A DNA stretch of 62,938 nucleotides, filler included, from Rhabdomonas costata (GCA_019059605.1; 48 parts of 48 records of this genome joined end to end with filler, not necessarily neighbours in it); one strand, 5' to 3'; positions 25,401 through 38,523 are shown, counted from the whole stretch's first letter. The notes: generated from the letters alone by a model not told the origin. A program made the numbers and translations.

Positions 25401-26917
25401 TCCTTGATCCTCGGTGTGGTACAAGGGGCGGTTGGAGATGGGGATATGGGCATTGGAGCATTAGGGAGAGTGTGCGTTTTTAATTGTTTTTCCCCGCCGC
25501 ATTCTGGCAGTGGTGGACGCTCATGTATGCTACGTTTCGTTTCTTTGGCGCACCGATCGGGCGGGTGCATAAGCCGTCTTGCCGTCGTTACCTGCCTATG
25601 GGCACAGAACCCACCGAAAAGTGATCGCTTACCTTGGACCACCATACCAGCCTCATCCTGTCATCATATTTTTTCTGGGTCCTTGTAATGCCTTCTTTCC
25701 ACCATCTTCTTCTCTTTTTTTTCTTTCTTCTTGTTCTTCTTCTTCTCTTCGACCTTCCTTTTACCTGTTTGTGCCCCATCAATCTCGCTCTGCACCGCTG
25801 CTTCACACCCTGCATCCCTTCACTTCCGAGCAGCCAGGCGTTTCAGCCCTAAATCCTTCGTTTTCCACCCACTTCTCCCGTTGTCAGGGTGCTTGTTTTT
25901 GTTCAGCACTGCTCGCCCATTTTTTAGGAGGGCCGTTTGCACGGGTGTAGTGGTGCCCCACCTCTTCCCTTCATTTTCCACCACAACTTTCACTCCCGCC
26001 CTTTCTGGTGCAACGTGTTGTTCCGCTGATCCTGGTTCACCCAACCACCATTACAACCGTGATCCCGTTCTTGATGGCTCCAACGCTCTCTCACAACTCT
26101 TCTTCCGTTTCCTCTCCTCTCCTTTCCTTCCTTTCCTTTCCATTTCTTTCTTTCCTTTCCATCGAATCGTCTGACCTTCGAGTTGNNNNNNNNNNNNNNN
26201 NNNNNNNNNNNNNNNNNNNNNNNNNNNNNTTAATTAATTAANNNNNNNNNNNNNNNNNNNNNNNNNNNNNNNNNNNNNNNNNNNNGGTGGGGGGGGCGTT
26301 AAAAAGTATAACTGCGTCATACGAAAAGGGGCAAAAGTCCTTTACTGCCCCTATCAAGTCCTTTACAACCCCGATGTAATTACTAGGATCTTGGGTTATG
26401 GATCTTTCTCGCCTTCTACCCCCCTGCAAAAGCTTCTAAGCCTAGTTACACCCCGAAATCGAGAACTTAGTCCGTAACGTTTCGAACTGAAGTCTTTTTG
26501 GCATGTTTTCATGCCGCTGGGCTTGGGTAGCATGCTGTCTCTTGGCGAATACGCAGGTTGCAAACTATCAATTTACGGTGTAGCCTATATTAAAATCCCA
26601 TGGGACCTGTGCGCCCCAACCATAAAAGAAGTAGTTCACCGGCTCAAATATGGTGGACCCACCGTAATGAGGGGTAGGGGGCAGTAAAGGACTAGCGCCC
26701 GGAACGGTGAAGAACAAAACCAAGCAATGGGGACCTTGCACCTGCACAACAGTCACCGGAGAGTGAAAAGTATTACTCCGGGTACTCCGGGTACCAAAAC
26801 CGGAAAGTTCAAATTCGCAACAGGGCACATCGCACCCTAAGAGCTCGCTCAGAAAAATTACCCCGTGCCCCATAGAACGACGGCAGGTTGACAGGAAAAC
26901 GTTTTTGTGAGGCAGAC

Positions 26918-27356
26918 CGTTTTGCCGTCAATGACGTGGCCCTGGGGGAACCGCACCGCACTCTCCGCCTGCACGTCGGACTCAAAGGTGACAAAGCCGA
27001 ACCCTCGGGGCCGGCCTGTGCTCTCATCGCACATCACCACCGCGTCGGTGAGCGTGCCAAAGCTCGCGAAGTGCGCCTCGAGCATCTCTGCGTGTCAGAG
27101 TTGCGAAGGACCCCAACTCTCCCTCCAGGTCTATTTACCGCAAACGTGGGTCAGGGAAGCTTCGACACTGCTGTAGCGGATACAAAAGGAAGGAACCTTT
27201 GGTGGTGTTCGGGGTGATTCCCCCAATGAACAGCTTCTTCACACCATCTGCCAGAGGGGCATAGCTCACAGGACCAGCGCCAGGGGGTCCAGCGCCCCGC
27301 CCACCGGGAGCAGGAGTGGGCATCTCTTCCACCGGGACAGCACTCTTCACATCAAC
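26918..27356 (-). CDS. Multi-RRM RNA-binding protein (hnRNP A/Musashi-like), exons 27356-27197 and 27087-26918
   Basis: RNP2 KLFIGGI and RNP1 RPRGFGFVTF. VDVKSAVP marks the end of the previous RRM. The GT-AG intron splices in frame. Confidence 0.92.
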
Positions 27357-30300
27357 CTAACCGCGCACGAATGGAACAAACTGGTGGAAATTCCCAGCTA
27401 CTGACAACCAGCTGAGAGGAAGTGGGCTTCCCTTACGGCTCACTTCCTTGTAAAAGTAAGACCTGTCGACTGACAGAATGTTCTACCAACCCCCNNNNNN
27501 NNNNNNNNNNNNNNNNNNNNNNNNNNNNNNNNNNNNNNTTAATTAATTAANNNNNNNNNNNNNNNNNNNNNNNNNNNNNNNNNNNNNNNNNNNNGGTGTG
27601 GGGTACTGCCACAACTTGCCACTTGAGCCCGCCGGTGCGTGGCATGTTGTGGCAGTACCCATGTCCCGCCATGCCGTTTTGCGGGGAGGGGGGTGGGGGC
27701 ACCGCCAATCCGGAACTGCACAACTGCAATGGAAGCCGCGACAGCAGGTACACAAGGCCTTTCGAGAACGGAGGCCCTCGCGGGAAGATCTGCTATTGGC
27801 TCACAGATTTTGTCACCTCTCCAGGTGGGCCTTCTGTGATCACTGCGGCAAAGGTGGTTGAGGTCCGATGGTCTGCGGTCTGCCTGAGGCCTAGTAAAAA
27901 AGATAAAGTAAGAAAACATACAGGGGACGGCGGCTACAGCAAAGCAAAGGAGCCACAGCAGAGATGACGAAATGCAAGATGAAGGGACCAAGCAGAAAAC
28001 TTGCAAGCCGAATCTGCAAGTCCAAAAGCACTCAAGATTCATAAGGAACCACAAAAAAGCAGCGTAGCACCAGCGATGGAAAATGGAACAACAACAATTG
28101 CGGCCAAGCGGACATCTTCCCCACGGGGATTCCCCCTGTTTCTCATCCCAGTTAGCTCCATACCCAAAGGGACGTCCTGAGATGCGATACTTCCGACACT
28201 GGGGCAGCAGTGCTAACCGTTCAAGAGAATGCCAAGATACAAGCGTAGGCGGAGTGTGGTGCACCATAAGAAGTGAATGAAAGAAGGGCTATGCAAAGAT
28301 GGACAAAAGGGATTTGTCACGTGGGTGACCGCTAACAATGGTTTCCAAGGGGAAACCGCTTTTCCCAATGCATTGTTTGCCCCCACAAATGTAAACAAAC
28401 CTGAGGCAAAGAGGCAGCGGAAGTTGGTGGCCTCGGTCCAGCCGCGGCGGAGTCCAAGTGATAGGCAGCCGGTGGGCGAGAAGCGGCCACGAGCCCCGCA
28501 CCCTGTGTGCAGGTATGTGTGAGAATCGCATCGCTTATTTCAGTTGACAAAGCTTCGAACTCGCACCCCACTCCTAGTGGCTGTGGGCGCGGGGATATTC
28601 ATCACAATTCAGCGCTTATCGTTCCAAAGCCTTTGTTCGTCGGACGAGTCCTACCGAAATGCTATTGACATTCGATGCCCACTTGAAAGAGTGCGCTGGT
28701 GCAGAAAGTCACAAAAACAAAAAGCCCCTAACATAAAAATGCACTGTGCGCTCAGACACCCTGGTGCCTCCGCACCGCAGGCAAAGCAAAGAAGAAGAAC
28801 ACAAACANNNNNNNNNNNNNNNNNNNNNNNNNNNNNNNNNNNNNNNNNNNNTTAATTAATTAANNNNNNNNNNNNNNNNNNNNNNNNNNNNNNNNNNNNN
28901 NNNNNNNGGTGTGTGTGCATCTCGCCCTGCCATACACATGCACAGAAACCCTGAAAGGCACTCCGCAGTCACACAGACATCGCTGCTGAAAGAAAGGGCG
29001 ACTGAAGATGCTTCATGGATAAATAGTTGGCCACAACCTTTGATTGGCTCACCGCACCCAGGACCTCATTCCCCTTTAGGCTTGTTTCTAAACTGTTTGA
29101 TTGAATTGCTTTCGAGTTCACACGCAAGCGCGCGAAGACAAAGGAAGACTTCTGCAGGGAAACATGCGACCATTGCAAAGACAGCTGGTTCACAATAATT
29201 TGGATCTGGAAAGATCCGTAGGAAACCTCCAGAACGCCGGAGCCTTTATTTTTTTTAGCAAAACTTTTTCGCTTTTTTCACTTTTTCACTTTTTCACTTT
29301 TTTGTTTTTTTGCCATTGCAAGAAAAAGGAATCCCTGCTGGATACATGAGCAAGAGCAGGAGTAAGGGAAACGGAGAGGCACTGCTGAACTTCTACTGAT
29401 ACGACAGGAGGAGTGCCTCTAAAAAACAATCCAGACAAAGCAAACCACAACCACACAACTGTGACACAGAGCGGCAGGTGCTTTTGACGACCAAAACACG
29501 CTGAGTGCACGAGCACAAGCCGTTGCCCTGTGTGTGGGTTTTTCTTTCTCCGGTGGGTTTGCTTTCCAGTTTCTAGTGTTCGGGTTGCCCCACTAGTGCT
29601 GGGCGCAGGTTCTTGAGAAATTAATTAAAGACAAATAAAACTGGGGTTTTAAGTGAGTATTGACGACCAAAACAACAGTCATATCCAAGAAGTTCAAATA
29701 CACACAGTCACTCTTGATTCGGTTTATAGGGACTGTCTTGCGCTGCAGCGGATTTTGGCTTTGTCCTCACGGTCCATCAGCAGCAAGACAGACCCAACCC
29801 TGCTGAGTGGGTGGATGGGCAGGTGGGTGTGGGGACCTGGTTCAGCGGCCGGAAGGGCCATGCCCTGCCAATCCCAATGCGCTGTTCCCTCTCCGTGTCC
29901 ACCAACAGCACCAAGACCTCCGCCTGTAACTCCGGAGACTCGGGGTTGGACACCATAGCGGGGAGCAGCCACCGCGGGCTGCACCCCAAGACCTGTGCCA
30001 GAGATTCCACCCACCCCCTGCCCATGTGTGCTCGAATCCAGAGGCAAAGGAACCCAAATTTGGACCCAAGAGAGCACAGTATAACTTCAAGTGTCTTGAT
30101 TATATATACACACACACACCNNNNNNNNNNNNNNNNNNNNNNNNNNNNNNNNNNNNNNNNNNNNTTAATTAATTAANNNNNNNNNNNNNNNNNNNNNNNN
30201 NNNNNNNNNNNNNNNNNNNNGGGGGGTGTTAGAAATGAGCAAGTACTACCAAGAAGGGCCAAGGCTGTTCGATGCTGAACGCTTTGCTGCGATGACCCTT

Positions 30301-30414
30301 CAGTGGATAAAGCATTGAACGATGCTTAATGATTAATGCGTAACGAATGCTTAATGATGTGTGTGGAGCGTATCCACTGAGAAGTTGTATTGCTCTTACG
30401 TTCCTGTGCGATAG

Positions 30415-30602
30415 GAGCAGCCCTGCTGTACCGGATTCCCCGTGTGGTTGTGGGAGAGGACACTACCTTCCAGGGCCCCACGGAGTACCTTCGCAGTCGG
30501 GGCGTGGAGGTTGTCGTCGTGAACGAGCCGCGGTGCGTTCAAATGATGAGCGCTTGGATCGCCCAAAACCCCACGTTGTGGAACGAGGACATTGGCGTGT
30601 AA
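30415..30602 (+). CDS. FCY1: Cytosine deaminase (fungal FCY1-type), last exon
   Basis: GAALLYRIPRVVVGEDTTFQGPTEYLRSRGVEVVVVNEPRCVQMMSAWIAQNPTLWNEDIGV* matches the Fcy1 C-terminus (IPR.VVGEN..F..GE.YL..RG.EV....W.EDIG). Confidence 0.9.
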
Positions 30603-31000
30603 CATAGTTGTGTCCATCACCCGTGTGGTCCCTGCCCGCTGTATAGGGTGTATGCACCTATCGATGAAAAACTTTTGTGGGATATTGCTTGACTGGTGTG
30701 GTTGTGGAGTTGCTAGTAATGCAGCCGGTCCCATTTTATCGACAAATGTGGCAACCTTGTTGCATTAAACGCGCCTGCTCTTGTGGGTATCCTCAATTCG
30801 ATGCCTCATTGCTCTCCAGTACGTTTCTCATTGTACCCAAACGGTGTCCTTGGTCCTGTTCTGGCTCTCTGTCTGTGTGTGCCGTCATCAAACCCAAGAA
30901 AGAAAAGCAGTTACTCTCCTGAGGAAGGACTAGAGGAAGTGGAGATAGGGATAGGGATAGGGATTGACTTATTTTCTCCTTACAGTTTCGTTTCTGGCAT

Positions 31001-31424
31001 ATGGATGTCGACCGAGGAATGCAGCGGTTGGGCCTCGCGGATCCCAAGGTCCGAGCCAAAGCTCACGAGCTGCGCCGGTCTATACCCTGCCCCCACCCTT
31101 CCCACAGTCACATACTTACGCACCCTTTGCCGGTCTTCGGTGCCACACATATGAAAAGATTTGGTCGTTATTGCCGTTGGCAGGAGGCGACCAAGCATGC
31201 TGGGAAACCCGCGACAGATGACAAATCAGTGGAACGTTCTGCCATTTTGAACAGTGCCGACTTTCTTTTTCAGCAACTTCCTCCCGAAATTGTATGTCAG
31301 GTGTTGTCTGAGTTGATGTTTGTGTATTGTTCGACACAGGCTCTTTGACGTGAAGTCCAAGACAATGCCCGTTTCCACGGCGGCAGAGCTGGCTAAACAC
31401 ATGATTTGTGTTGACTTGGCATGC
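31001..31424 (+). CDS. ORC6: Origin recognition complex subunit 6, N-terminus, exons 31001-31077 and 31340-31424
   Basis: Spliced MDVDRGMQRLGLADPKVRAKAHELRR|LFDVKSKTMPVSTAAELAKHMICVDLAC aligns by eye with plant/animal Orc6 (LGL....KA.E..RL..V......E......C.DLA). Confidence 0.7.
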
Positions 31425-31661
31425 CACCACCCANNNNNNNNNNNNNNNNNNNNNNNNNNNNNNNNNNNNNNNNNNNNTTAATTAATTAANNNNNNNNNNN
31501 NNNNNNNNNNNNNNNNNNNNNNNNNNNNNNNNNGAGCAGTGAGCGGCAGGTCATGTGGGTCTCGGGAATATTCTGCAAAGTCGATGGTTATACCTTTTTT
31601 CTGTGTTGGTGGCGCATCGGAGAGCTGTGTGTGTGTGGCATCTTTCAATCTCTGGACATAG

Positions 31662-32531
31662 GAAGTACTACCCTGCGCTGGAGCGGTTGATCCAAACGTA
31701 CATTGCCCGACGCGGCGGTGCGCTTGCCGTGGCCACCCCGAAGTGCCCCGGAGAGAACTTCGTGAACTTCGAGCACATCTGGCTGGAGAAAGGTGCGGCC
31801 TGCAGTCCATCTACCCCCATCCGCGTCGCTCGCTGCTGAACGACTGTTTGTTGCGGAAGGTGCGAACTGTATCTAGCTGGCATGTTCTTACCGAAAAGGG
31901 ATATCGATGCCCAACCTCGATCTCGATGTCATAATTTTGACTATTTTGTTGAACTGTGTTAAACGTTTAACGTCCCCCCTCCTCCAAAAAAAATACAGCA
32001 GCGCCTGAAGTTAAATGAAGGGGAGGTGACATCGGGTCTCAGATGAATAAATCGCGCAGGTACTTCCATATTTTTTGGGGGGTAATTCAGGGAGATGACA
32101 TCCATGTATCTGGATTTAATCTGAATCTGGAGAGAGAGAGAGTGTGTGTATAATTAATGTTTTTCCTGATTTGGATGGTGTGAATGACCTTGACTTGGTT
32201 CAAAGAAGAGGCGAACAGCAAGAACGGATATAAGCGCTTGGTGGCGCCAAAAGGTCTCTCAATCGCTTTCCTCGTCTTTTCTCCAGGGCCCAACGAGTGT
32301 GTGAACAACCCGCACTACATCCTGACCCCCTCGGTGCGGCAGCACCTCACCAACCTGGCCCGGATTGTGATGGCGGGGCGTCCAGTGCTGCTGCAGGGCC
32401 CCACTAGCTCCGGGAAGACCTCCATGGTGGAACACCTCGCGCAGCGCACAGGGCACCGCTTTGTGCGAATCAACAACCATCACAACACCGACCTGGCGGA
32501 GTACTTCGGGACGTACCTCAGTGACCGCAAG
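31662..32531 (+). CDS. MDN1: Midasin (Rea1) AAA+ ATPase, exons 31662-31792 and 32287-32531
   Basis: HIWLEK|GPNECVNNPHYILTPSVRQHLTNLARIVMAGRPVLLQGPTSSGKTSMVEHLAQRTGHRFVRINNHHNTDLAEYFGTY is a characteristic midasin AAA module. Confidence 0.93.
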
Positions 32532-32846
32532 GTGCGCTTTCCCACCGATGCCTTTGGTTATGCCCTCTTCAATGATTGCAGCATGAGACCTGCCACCTTT
32601 CGAGGACTTGGTACAGAGGCCTTGCACAAACCTAAATAAATAGCGATGGTTTCAACGTGTGGGCAAAGAAATCAGGGTATGTGCTATACCTCCCTGCTCC
32701 TTCCAACACAATCCTTTTTATCCAGCGCTATACAGTCCCACCACCCNNNNNNNNNNNNNNNNNNNNNNNNNNNNNNNNNNNNNNNNNNNNTTAATTAATT
32801 AANNNNNNNNNNNNNNNNNNNNNNNNNNNNNNNNNNNNNNNNNNNN

Positions 32847-33620
32847 GGGGGTGTGTGGAACACTTGATGGTTGAGGGGCTGGTCTTCTCGAGGAACCGCT
32901 CCGTCTCGGAGCCGCAGATGAGTATAGGCCTGATGGACAGCCCAGCTGCGCGATTCACACCAAGGCACGCGATCGTAAACGCATGGTGCTTCCTCACTCC
33001 GCCGTAAATGGATCGTGATGCGGCAAAGGCGGTCATCGATGTCAGCATGTCTGACAGATAAATTTCGCGGTCCACCAAGGTTGCGACTGTTCCCGGATCC
33101 CTACGCTTGGCAGCATGTATGTACAACCAGGAGTAGAGCTCGAAGTCAATCTCCAGCTCCACTAAGGTGATTTTGCGGTCCGCGAGGGACTTCTCGGAGA
33201 GAGTCAGGTGGTGCCACTCCAGCTCGTACAGGTAGGCGTACATGGCAGCGTAGTTGGCGTGCTTTATGACGCTGTACAGCTTCCGAGGAAGAGGCAGGTC
33301 CAGAAAGTCCGCCGCAAAGCGCTCGTGCGGGTCAGGAGGTCGCCAGTCCAAGGGATACCCAGAAGGCCTGGACGAAGAGGCAGCAGTGGCACGTGCGGAA
33401 CTCGAATAGGGCAGGAAGGCATGCTCGCGATCGTGACGGGCCCGGAGGATTGACGCCATAATCTTCTGCACCGCAGTAGTAACTTGTAAACGGTAGTCCG
33501 TGTCCTCGTACATTCCCGTCATCACGATGCCGCAGATGGCAAGACACAGATTCCAGGATGGACGCCATCCAGCAAATACATCAGGGGCTCGGTATTAAGC
33601 ACCTGGCCGAGGGCGAAGTG
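32847..33620 (-). mobile_element. Probable 3' coding fragment of a non-LTR retrotransposon (interrupted)
   Basis: Long intronless frame with YLYELEW...ITLVELEIDFE, which I recall from C-termini of protist LINE-like polyproteins. An in-frame stop lies upstream. No RT motifs are inside the contig. Confidence 0.4.
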
Positions 33621-34291
33621 TGACGGCCCGGAGGCAGAAGAGCCCGCGCCCTCAGCGCCAGAGGTTAGTTCGGGGCCGTGGGTGACTGGAGGTCGCCCGG
33701 CCCAGCGGTGTGCTTGGAGCCCGCCGTTCCCGCCATTGGGGAATGGGACCGAGAGAGGAGTGGTCCGTCCCATGCTGCGCCTGGTGCCGACAATGACGAA
33801 ACTGGTGGTGGCGGAAGAGGAGGAGGAAGCGGAAGCGGAGACCGTGAGCGGTCGGTAAAGAGCGAGGAAGGCCGAGGCTGGGGGAGGAGGCAGTAAGTGC
33901 GTGGCGCGGAGTGGAAGGTAGTCCGGAGCCATCTACAAGGACCGCCTGGGAGACGAGGGCGGCGCAAAGGCACTTGACACGTTCCTCACAGGTGTGGTAT
34001 GGTGGAGGAGGGGCGTCCTTGCGCGGGCGCTTGGTGCTCGCCAGGACGCCCCACCACCCNNNNNNNNNNNNNNNNNNNNNNNNNNNNNNNNNNNNNNNNN
34101 NNNTTAATTAATTAANNNNNNNNNNNNNNNNNNNNNNNNNNNNNNNNNNNNNNNNNNNNGTGTTGGCTGTGTTTGGGGTTTTGTGGGGATGGATTGTCAT
34201 CCTTTCGACCAGGTTGACCAGGTGATGAGCCAGCGCATTCTACCGCCTCGCACCTGGCGGCACCATTTAGGACAAAACGCAATGCGCACAC

Positions 34292-34363
34292 CGTGCGAGT
34301 CACGATCTGCTCCACAGGGACTGGCACCTGCACGGGCTCCGGGATCACCACATCGTAGGGCAC
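34292..34363 (-). CDS. Articulin-like (VPV repeat) pellicle protein exon
   Basis: 72-bp phase-0 exon VPYDVVIPEPVQVPVPVEQIVTRT between cag and GTGTGC. VPVPVE repeats typify euglenid articulins. Confidence 0.7.
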
Positions 34364-34888
34364 CTGAGCCCCAACGAAAACAGAGGGGACAAAAACCACA
34401 AGACCCGAAGGATCATTATTCCACTGCTTTTTGGTCCTCCTCCCTTCACTTTCGAAACGCCACAGAAGGAGGAGCCGGGGGTGTCGATGAAGGTCTTTAT
34501 GTTTTTCTGCTAGCAATCCTAAAAGCAGGTGGTCGAGCATCACTTTCAACTTTTCAGGACTATTCATTGTTCAAGAACCCCTTTTTACATTTCTCTCAGC
34601 TTCCTATGTCCAGGTGCCATTACATGTGGTTTACGTTGGCTGCCTTGTATTTAGCATGGATTCCTTTCTTTGGGACGAATGTGGACCTGTTGCAATACTG
34701 CGCCCGCTTCGTTGTCTTTTCTTTCTATTCTGTGGGTCATTCCAGTTTCATTACAGTTTGGCTCTTTGCTTCTCCCGTACCTGACAAACAGTGGCGCAGC
34801 TTTACCTCAGTGCAGCTGTTCGTCCGCAGTCCTTCTCTGCGGAATGCATGCATGCACTACCCTAGCACCCTGCAATTTTTGTGGCAGG

Positions 34889-35026
34889 CACTGATCCAGA
34901 AGAGGATTCTGTGGGTTTCCGTCCCTGTGCACAAGATCCCCGAGAAGTTCCTCAACGTGGACTGCACCCCGACCCACTTTCATATGGATACCCGTGGTTG
35001 GACCACGAACCTCGAGATTCACCGTG
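34889..35026 (+). CDS. Probable exon of unknown protein (possibly CS/p23-like beta domain)
   Basis: ggcag acceptor, then GC3-rich ALIQKRILWVSVPVHKIPEKFLNVDCTPTHFHMDTRGWTTNLEIHR, then a GT donor. Confidence 0.4.
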
Positions 35027-38000
35027 GTATGCTGCTGCTTTTCATTGTCTTGCGGATGCTGCCTCTGATTATGCGTTTGTTTTATTACGTTTGCAGCTGT
35101 ATTGAAGGTGCACCCCGTAGCCTAAGAGGTCTTTCAGAGTGCAAGCCTTTCACTTCTCAGCATCCCGTACACTTTCCATTGTGGTCAGTGTCTTGCAGTG
35201 AGTAAGGTTTCCGTTTTTATAGGTGGTCTATGTGTGTTATGTGGATCGTTCAAAACCCTGATCCTGTGTATGCTGAGCCGTCTGCTGAAATTGTATTGCG
35301 CCTTTTGGGGGTCAGAGTACATCGACGGGATTCGGGTTTTGAACGATCCACATAACACACATAGACCACCCCNNNNNNNNNNNNNNNNNNNNNNNNNNNN
35401 NNNNNNNNNNNNNNNNTTAATTAATTAANNNNNNNNNNNNNNNNNNNNNNNNNNNNNNNNNNNNNNNNNNNNGGTTGTGTGGAACCTCAGGCTTTGTCGA
35501 GTAGACCGCTTGGGCTTCCTTCTCGGAGCCGAAGGTCAGGCCTACCTCCATAAGACGGCCAAGCTGGACCGTCTCCGTGGCCGTGGGGAACACCTCCTTG
35601 GCCAGACGCGTGACCAGCGACGGGATGTCACCGTGCAGCCGCAGCGTCGTGGGCACTGCGATTTTGGGGGTTTTAAGAGAATGGATGGGTGGATGGATGG
35701 ATGGATGGATGGATTGCGGTGCCGAACATGCAGTTTTCCGGAAATTACAAGAAACAACGCCAGCACGGAAAATGAAGAGCAGTAACCGATCAGCAACGTT
35801 GACCCTTTTTGCACCAAATTGGGATCCTTCCCTGTTGGCTTTTTTTTACGGTTTCCACTGAAACCGTCGGAATCACAACCCACACAAAGAACCATTGTGA
35901 GGAAGGCAACTCTGGAGCAGGCAACAGTGAGAGAAATGCAGTACCGAGAACTTTTTCAACACAAACATGCATAAAATTAAGGCCAGCAATAAAGCCGGAG
36001 GGAACCAGCGCGTCGAGCAAAGTTAGTCCTGCCTCAGGATACCTCCCTTTTGTGCTGTTATTTTGCGGTGGTTTCTACTGACCGGCCCTCAGCTCTGGCA
36101 TTACAATGCGCGCGCAGAACAGTTTTTGGCAAAGTCATCTCTTGGACAGCCAACACTGAAAGGAGGGCAGTGGTCGCAAGGGCAGTACATCGAAAATATG
36201 GGATAGTGAGATGGCTAGGCCCAAGCAGGCCTGGGGGTCTATTATATGCACGGCAGCACTTCCGAAGTGCTGCCTGGCCGGTTCTTGGGGTCAGCATTTC
36301 CTGACCATTCCCTTTGAAGTACGAGTTAGTGGTGGCGATGACAGCTTTGAATGACTCGTTTTGGTGGGTAGACACGAGAATTGCACCGAACTGCTTACCT
36401 GACACTGACATGAAAATACATTTTTTGTGAGCGAGTTTTGGTGTGTTGCAGAGGCATCACCAAGTCCAAGTCGGGCAGAGCTCTTGTCTAGCAACTGGAT
36501 GAGTGCCTCGGCCAGAAATGGTGCCCCTTGGCGGCTTCGTATCGTGTATCCCTACTGTGCCACTTTTTGCCCCACGCAGCTGCGAGTTGACGACAGCATC
36601 CACCAATGTATTTCCAGAAAAAAACCCACGAGCACTTGTGGCCGCGTACCGCCCGTGTTGAGCAGCCGGACGTCCACCCCTGCGANNNNNNNNNNNNNNN
36701 NNNNNNNNNNNNNNNNNNNNNNNNNNNNNTTAATTAATTAANNNNNNNNNNNNNNNNNNNNNNNNNNNNNNNNNNNNNNNNNNNNTGTGGGTTGGGTCCC
36801 ACTTCTTGAGTGCAGGGATCCCCAAACTTTGGTCCGTAATTTTTTTATCAAGACCATTCGGAATTTTCAGATTCAAAGAAAACGGACCAAAGTTTGGGGA
36901 TCCCTGCACTCAAGAAGTGGGACCCTGCCCACCCATAGTTTCAAGCCCTCCGGCACCATCCTTCAATTTATTCATTCAGGGATACCGCAGATATGAGCCC
37001 CGTTTCGACTCCAAGTGCCCCGAACTTGCGGAGTACTCCGATAAGCTGCTGCATTTGGCTGATACTGTGGGATTACGGTTCCAGCTTGGGGCGGGAAAAG
37101 GTCTGCTGCCTACACTCACTTATACACACACAGACGCAAGGCGGACCATTGAGTTTCGCAAGAAATCAGAGCCGTTACGCTAACACCAACGGGAATCCAA
37201 AGCACTCGCAGACGCACCAGGGCAAAGAGTCAGTGAGGCAACCCCGAGGTACAGGAGGTTCGGCGGAAGAGGGCAGAAATGGCCCGCAGCGCAGCTATAC
37301 GGCGATGTGCTGGGGCGACAATGCCTGTAGATAACGCTGCCCGTTCACCCATCCGAAAGAAAAGCTCCAAGGGTCGTTCCCGCGAGAAAAGGCCCCAGCC
37401 CCCTTAGAAAGGAGTGCAGAGTCTCAGAGACCTAAGCAGCAATGGCAATGGAGCAATGCAGGTAGCCGCTGGAAAAGGACAGCTGCGCGACAGAAGCCCG
37501 GGACCCGTGGGGCAGAAAGGAGGTTACCAGATGTGGAACGTTCGGCGGTGAGCGGGTTCCGGTTCCCCACGTCACCGTTCGCTCTAAGGGCACCTCTCGC
37601 GAGCACCCGTGGTCAACAGCGCGCAATGCACCCGTGAGTCCACAGTGGTCACCGAGCAACCAGCCAACCAGGCAACAGCCAGCGCGCAATGCGCTCCCCC
37701 CCCCCACGCCTCACATACATCTGCACTAAATTTACTCCAGTGGTCCACGGGCATCGCTCACTTCCCAATGGCCAAGTTCTATCCTGGGTCCCGACGTCAC
37801 TGCTTGTGCGCATCTCGGATATTCATTTTTTGTATTTTTTATTCTCTTCCCTTCTTAATTTCACCAGGCCAGCGGGCACATGCTGGAATGAGCGGCGTGG
37901 GATTTTGGCGTTAGGGCTGCCTACGAGACTGGAATATGCACTGCATGCGACGGGTTCACAGATGCGGGACATTTCCAGTCTCGTAGGCACCCCCACACNN

Positions 38001-38523
38001 NNNNNNNNNNNNNNNNNNNNNNNNNNNNNNNNNNNNNNNNNNTTAATTAATTAANNNNNNNNNNNNNNNNNNNNNNNNNNNNNNNNNNNNNNNNNNNNAC
38101 ACAATTTCGCACGCACGCCATACAGAGGTATCAAACCGGCATCACTGCAATCAAGCATCCAGAGTAAGAAGTCGAACAGAAAAGCATACAGTGCGGAACC
38201 AGGAGAAAGCCGGACGCATTAAACAGTAACCATTAACCAGAGAGGTGGCCAGCCGGAAGGAAGAAGGTGCAGGGAAAACAGGTGAGGGAAAGCAAAGGTG
38301 TAAATTTAACTGCATGGGCACGCAGTGCGCTGGCTGTTGCTGACTGACTGCTGGTGACCACTGCGGACTGACGGGCGCACGAGCTGTTGGTCACGTGTTC
38401 GCAAGAGGCAACTTCGGAACGAAAGGTGTTGTGGCGTGGGATACCCGCTAACCGCCGAGCCTTTCACAACTTTCCTAGTACGTTGGTGTGTGTGTGTGTG
38501 TGTGTGCAGTTGGGGAGGCGCAC

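Noticed and set aside
25280..25520. EHCVLLCLF..W and HWSIR segments suggesting a LINE zinc-binding 3' region
   Set aside because: Too degenerate and split across frames to support a call.
34183..35205. Longest ORF in the track (340 aa)
   Set aside because: It runs antisense over the articulin-like exon and through intron-like T-rich DNA. Only 34889-35026 looks coding.
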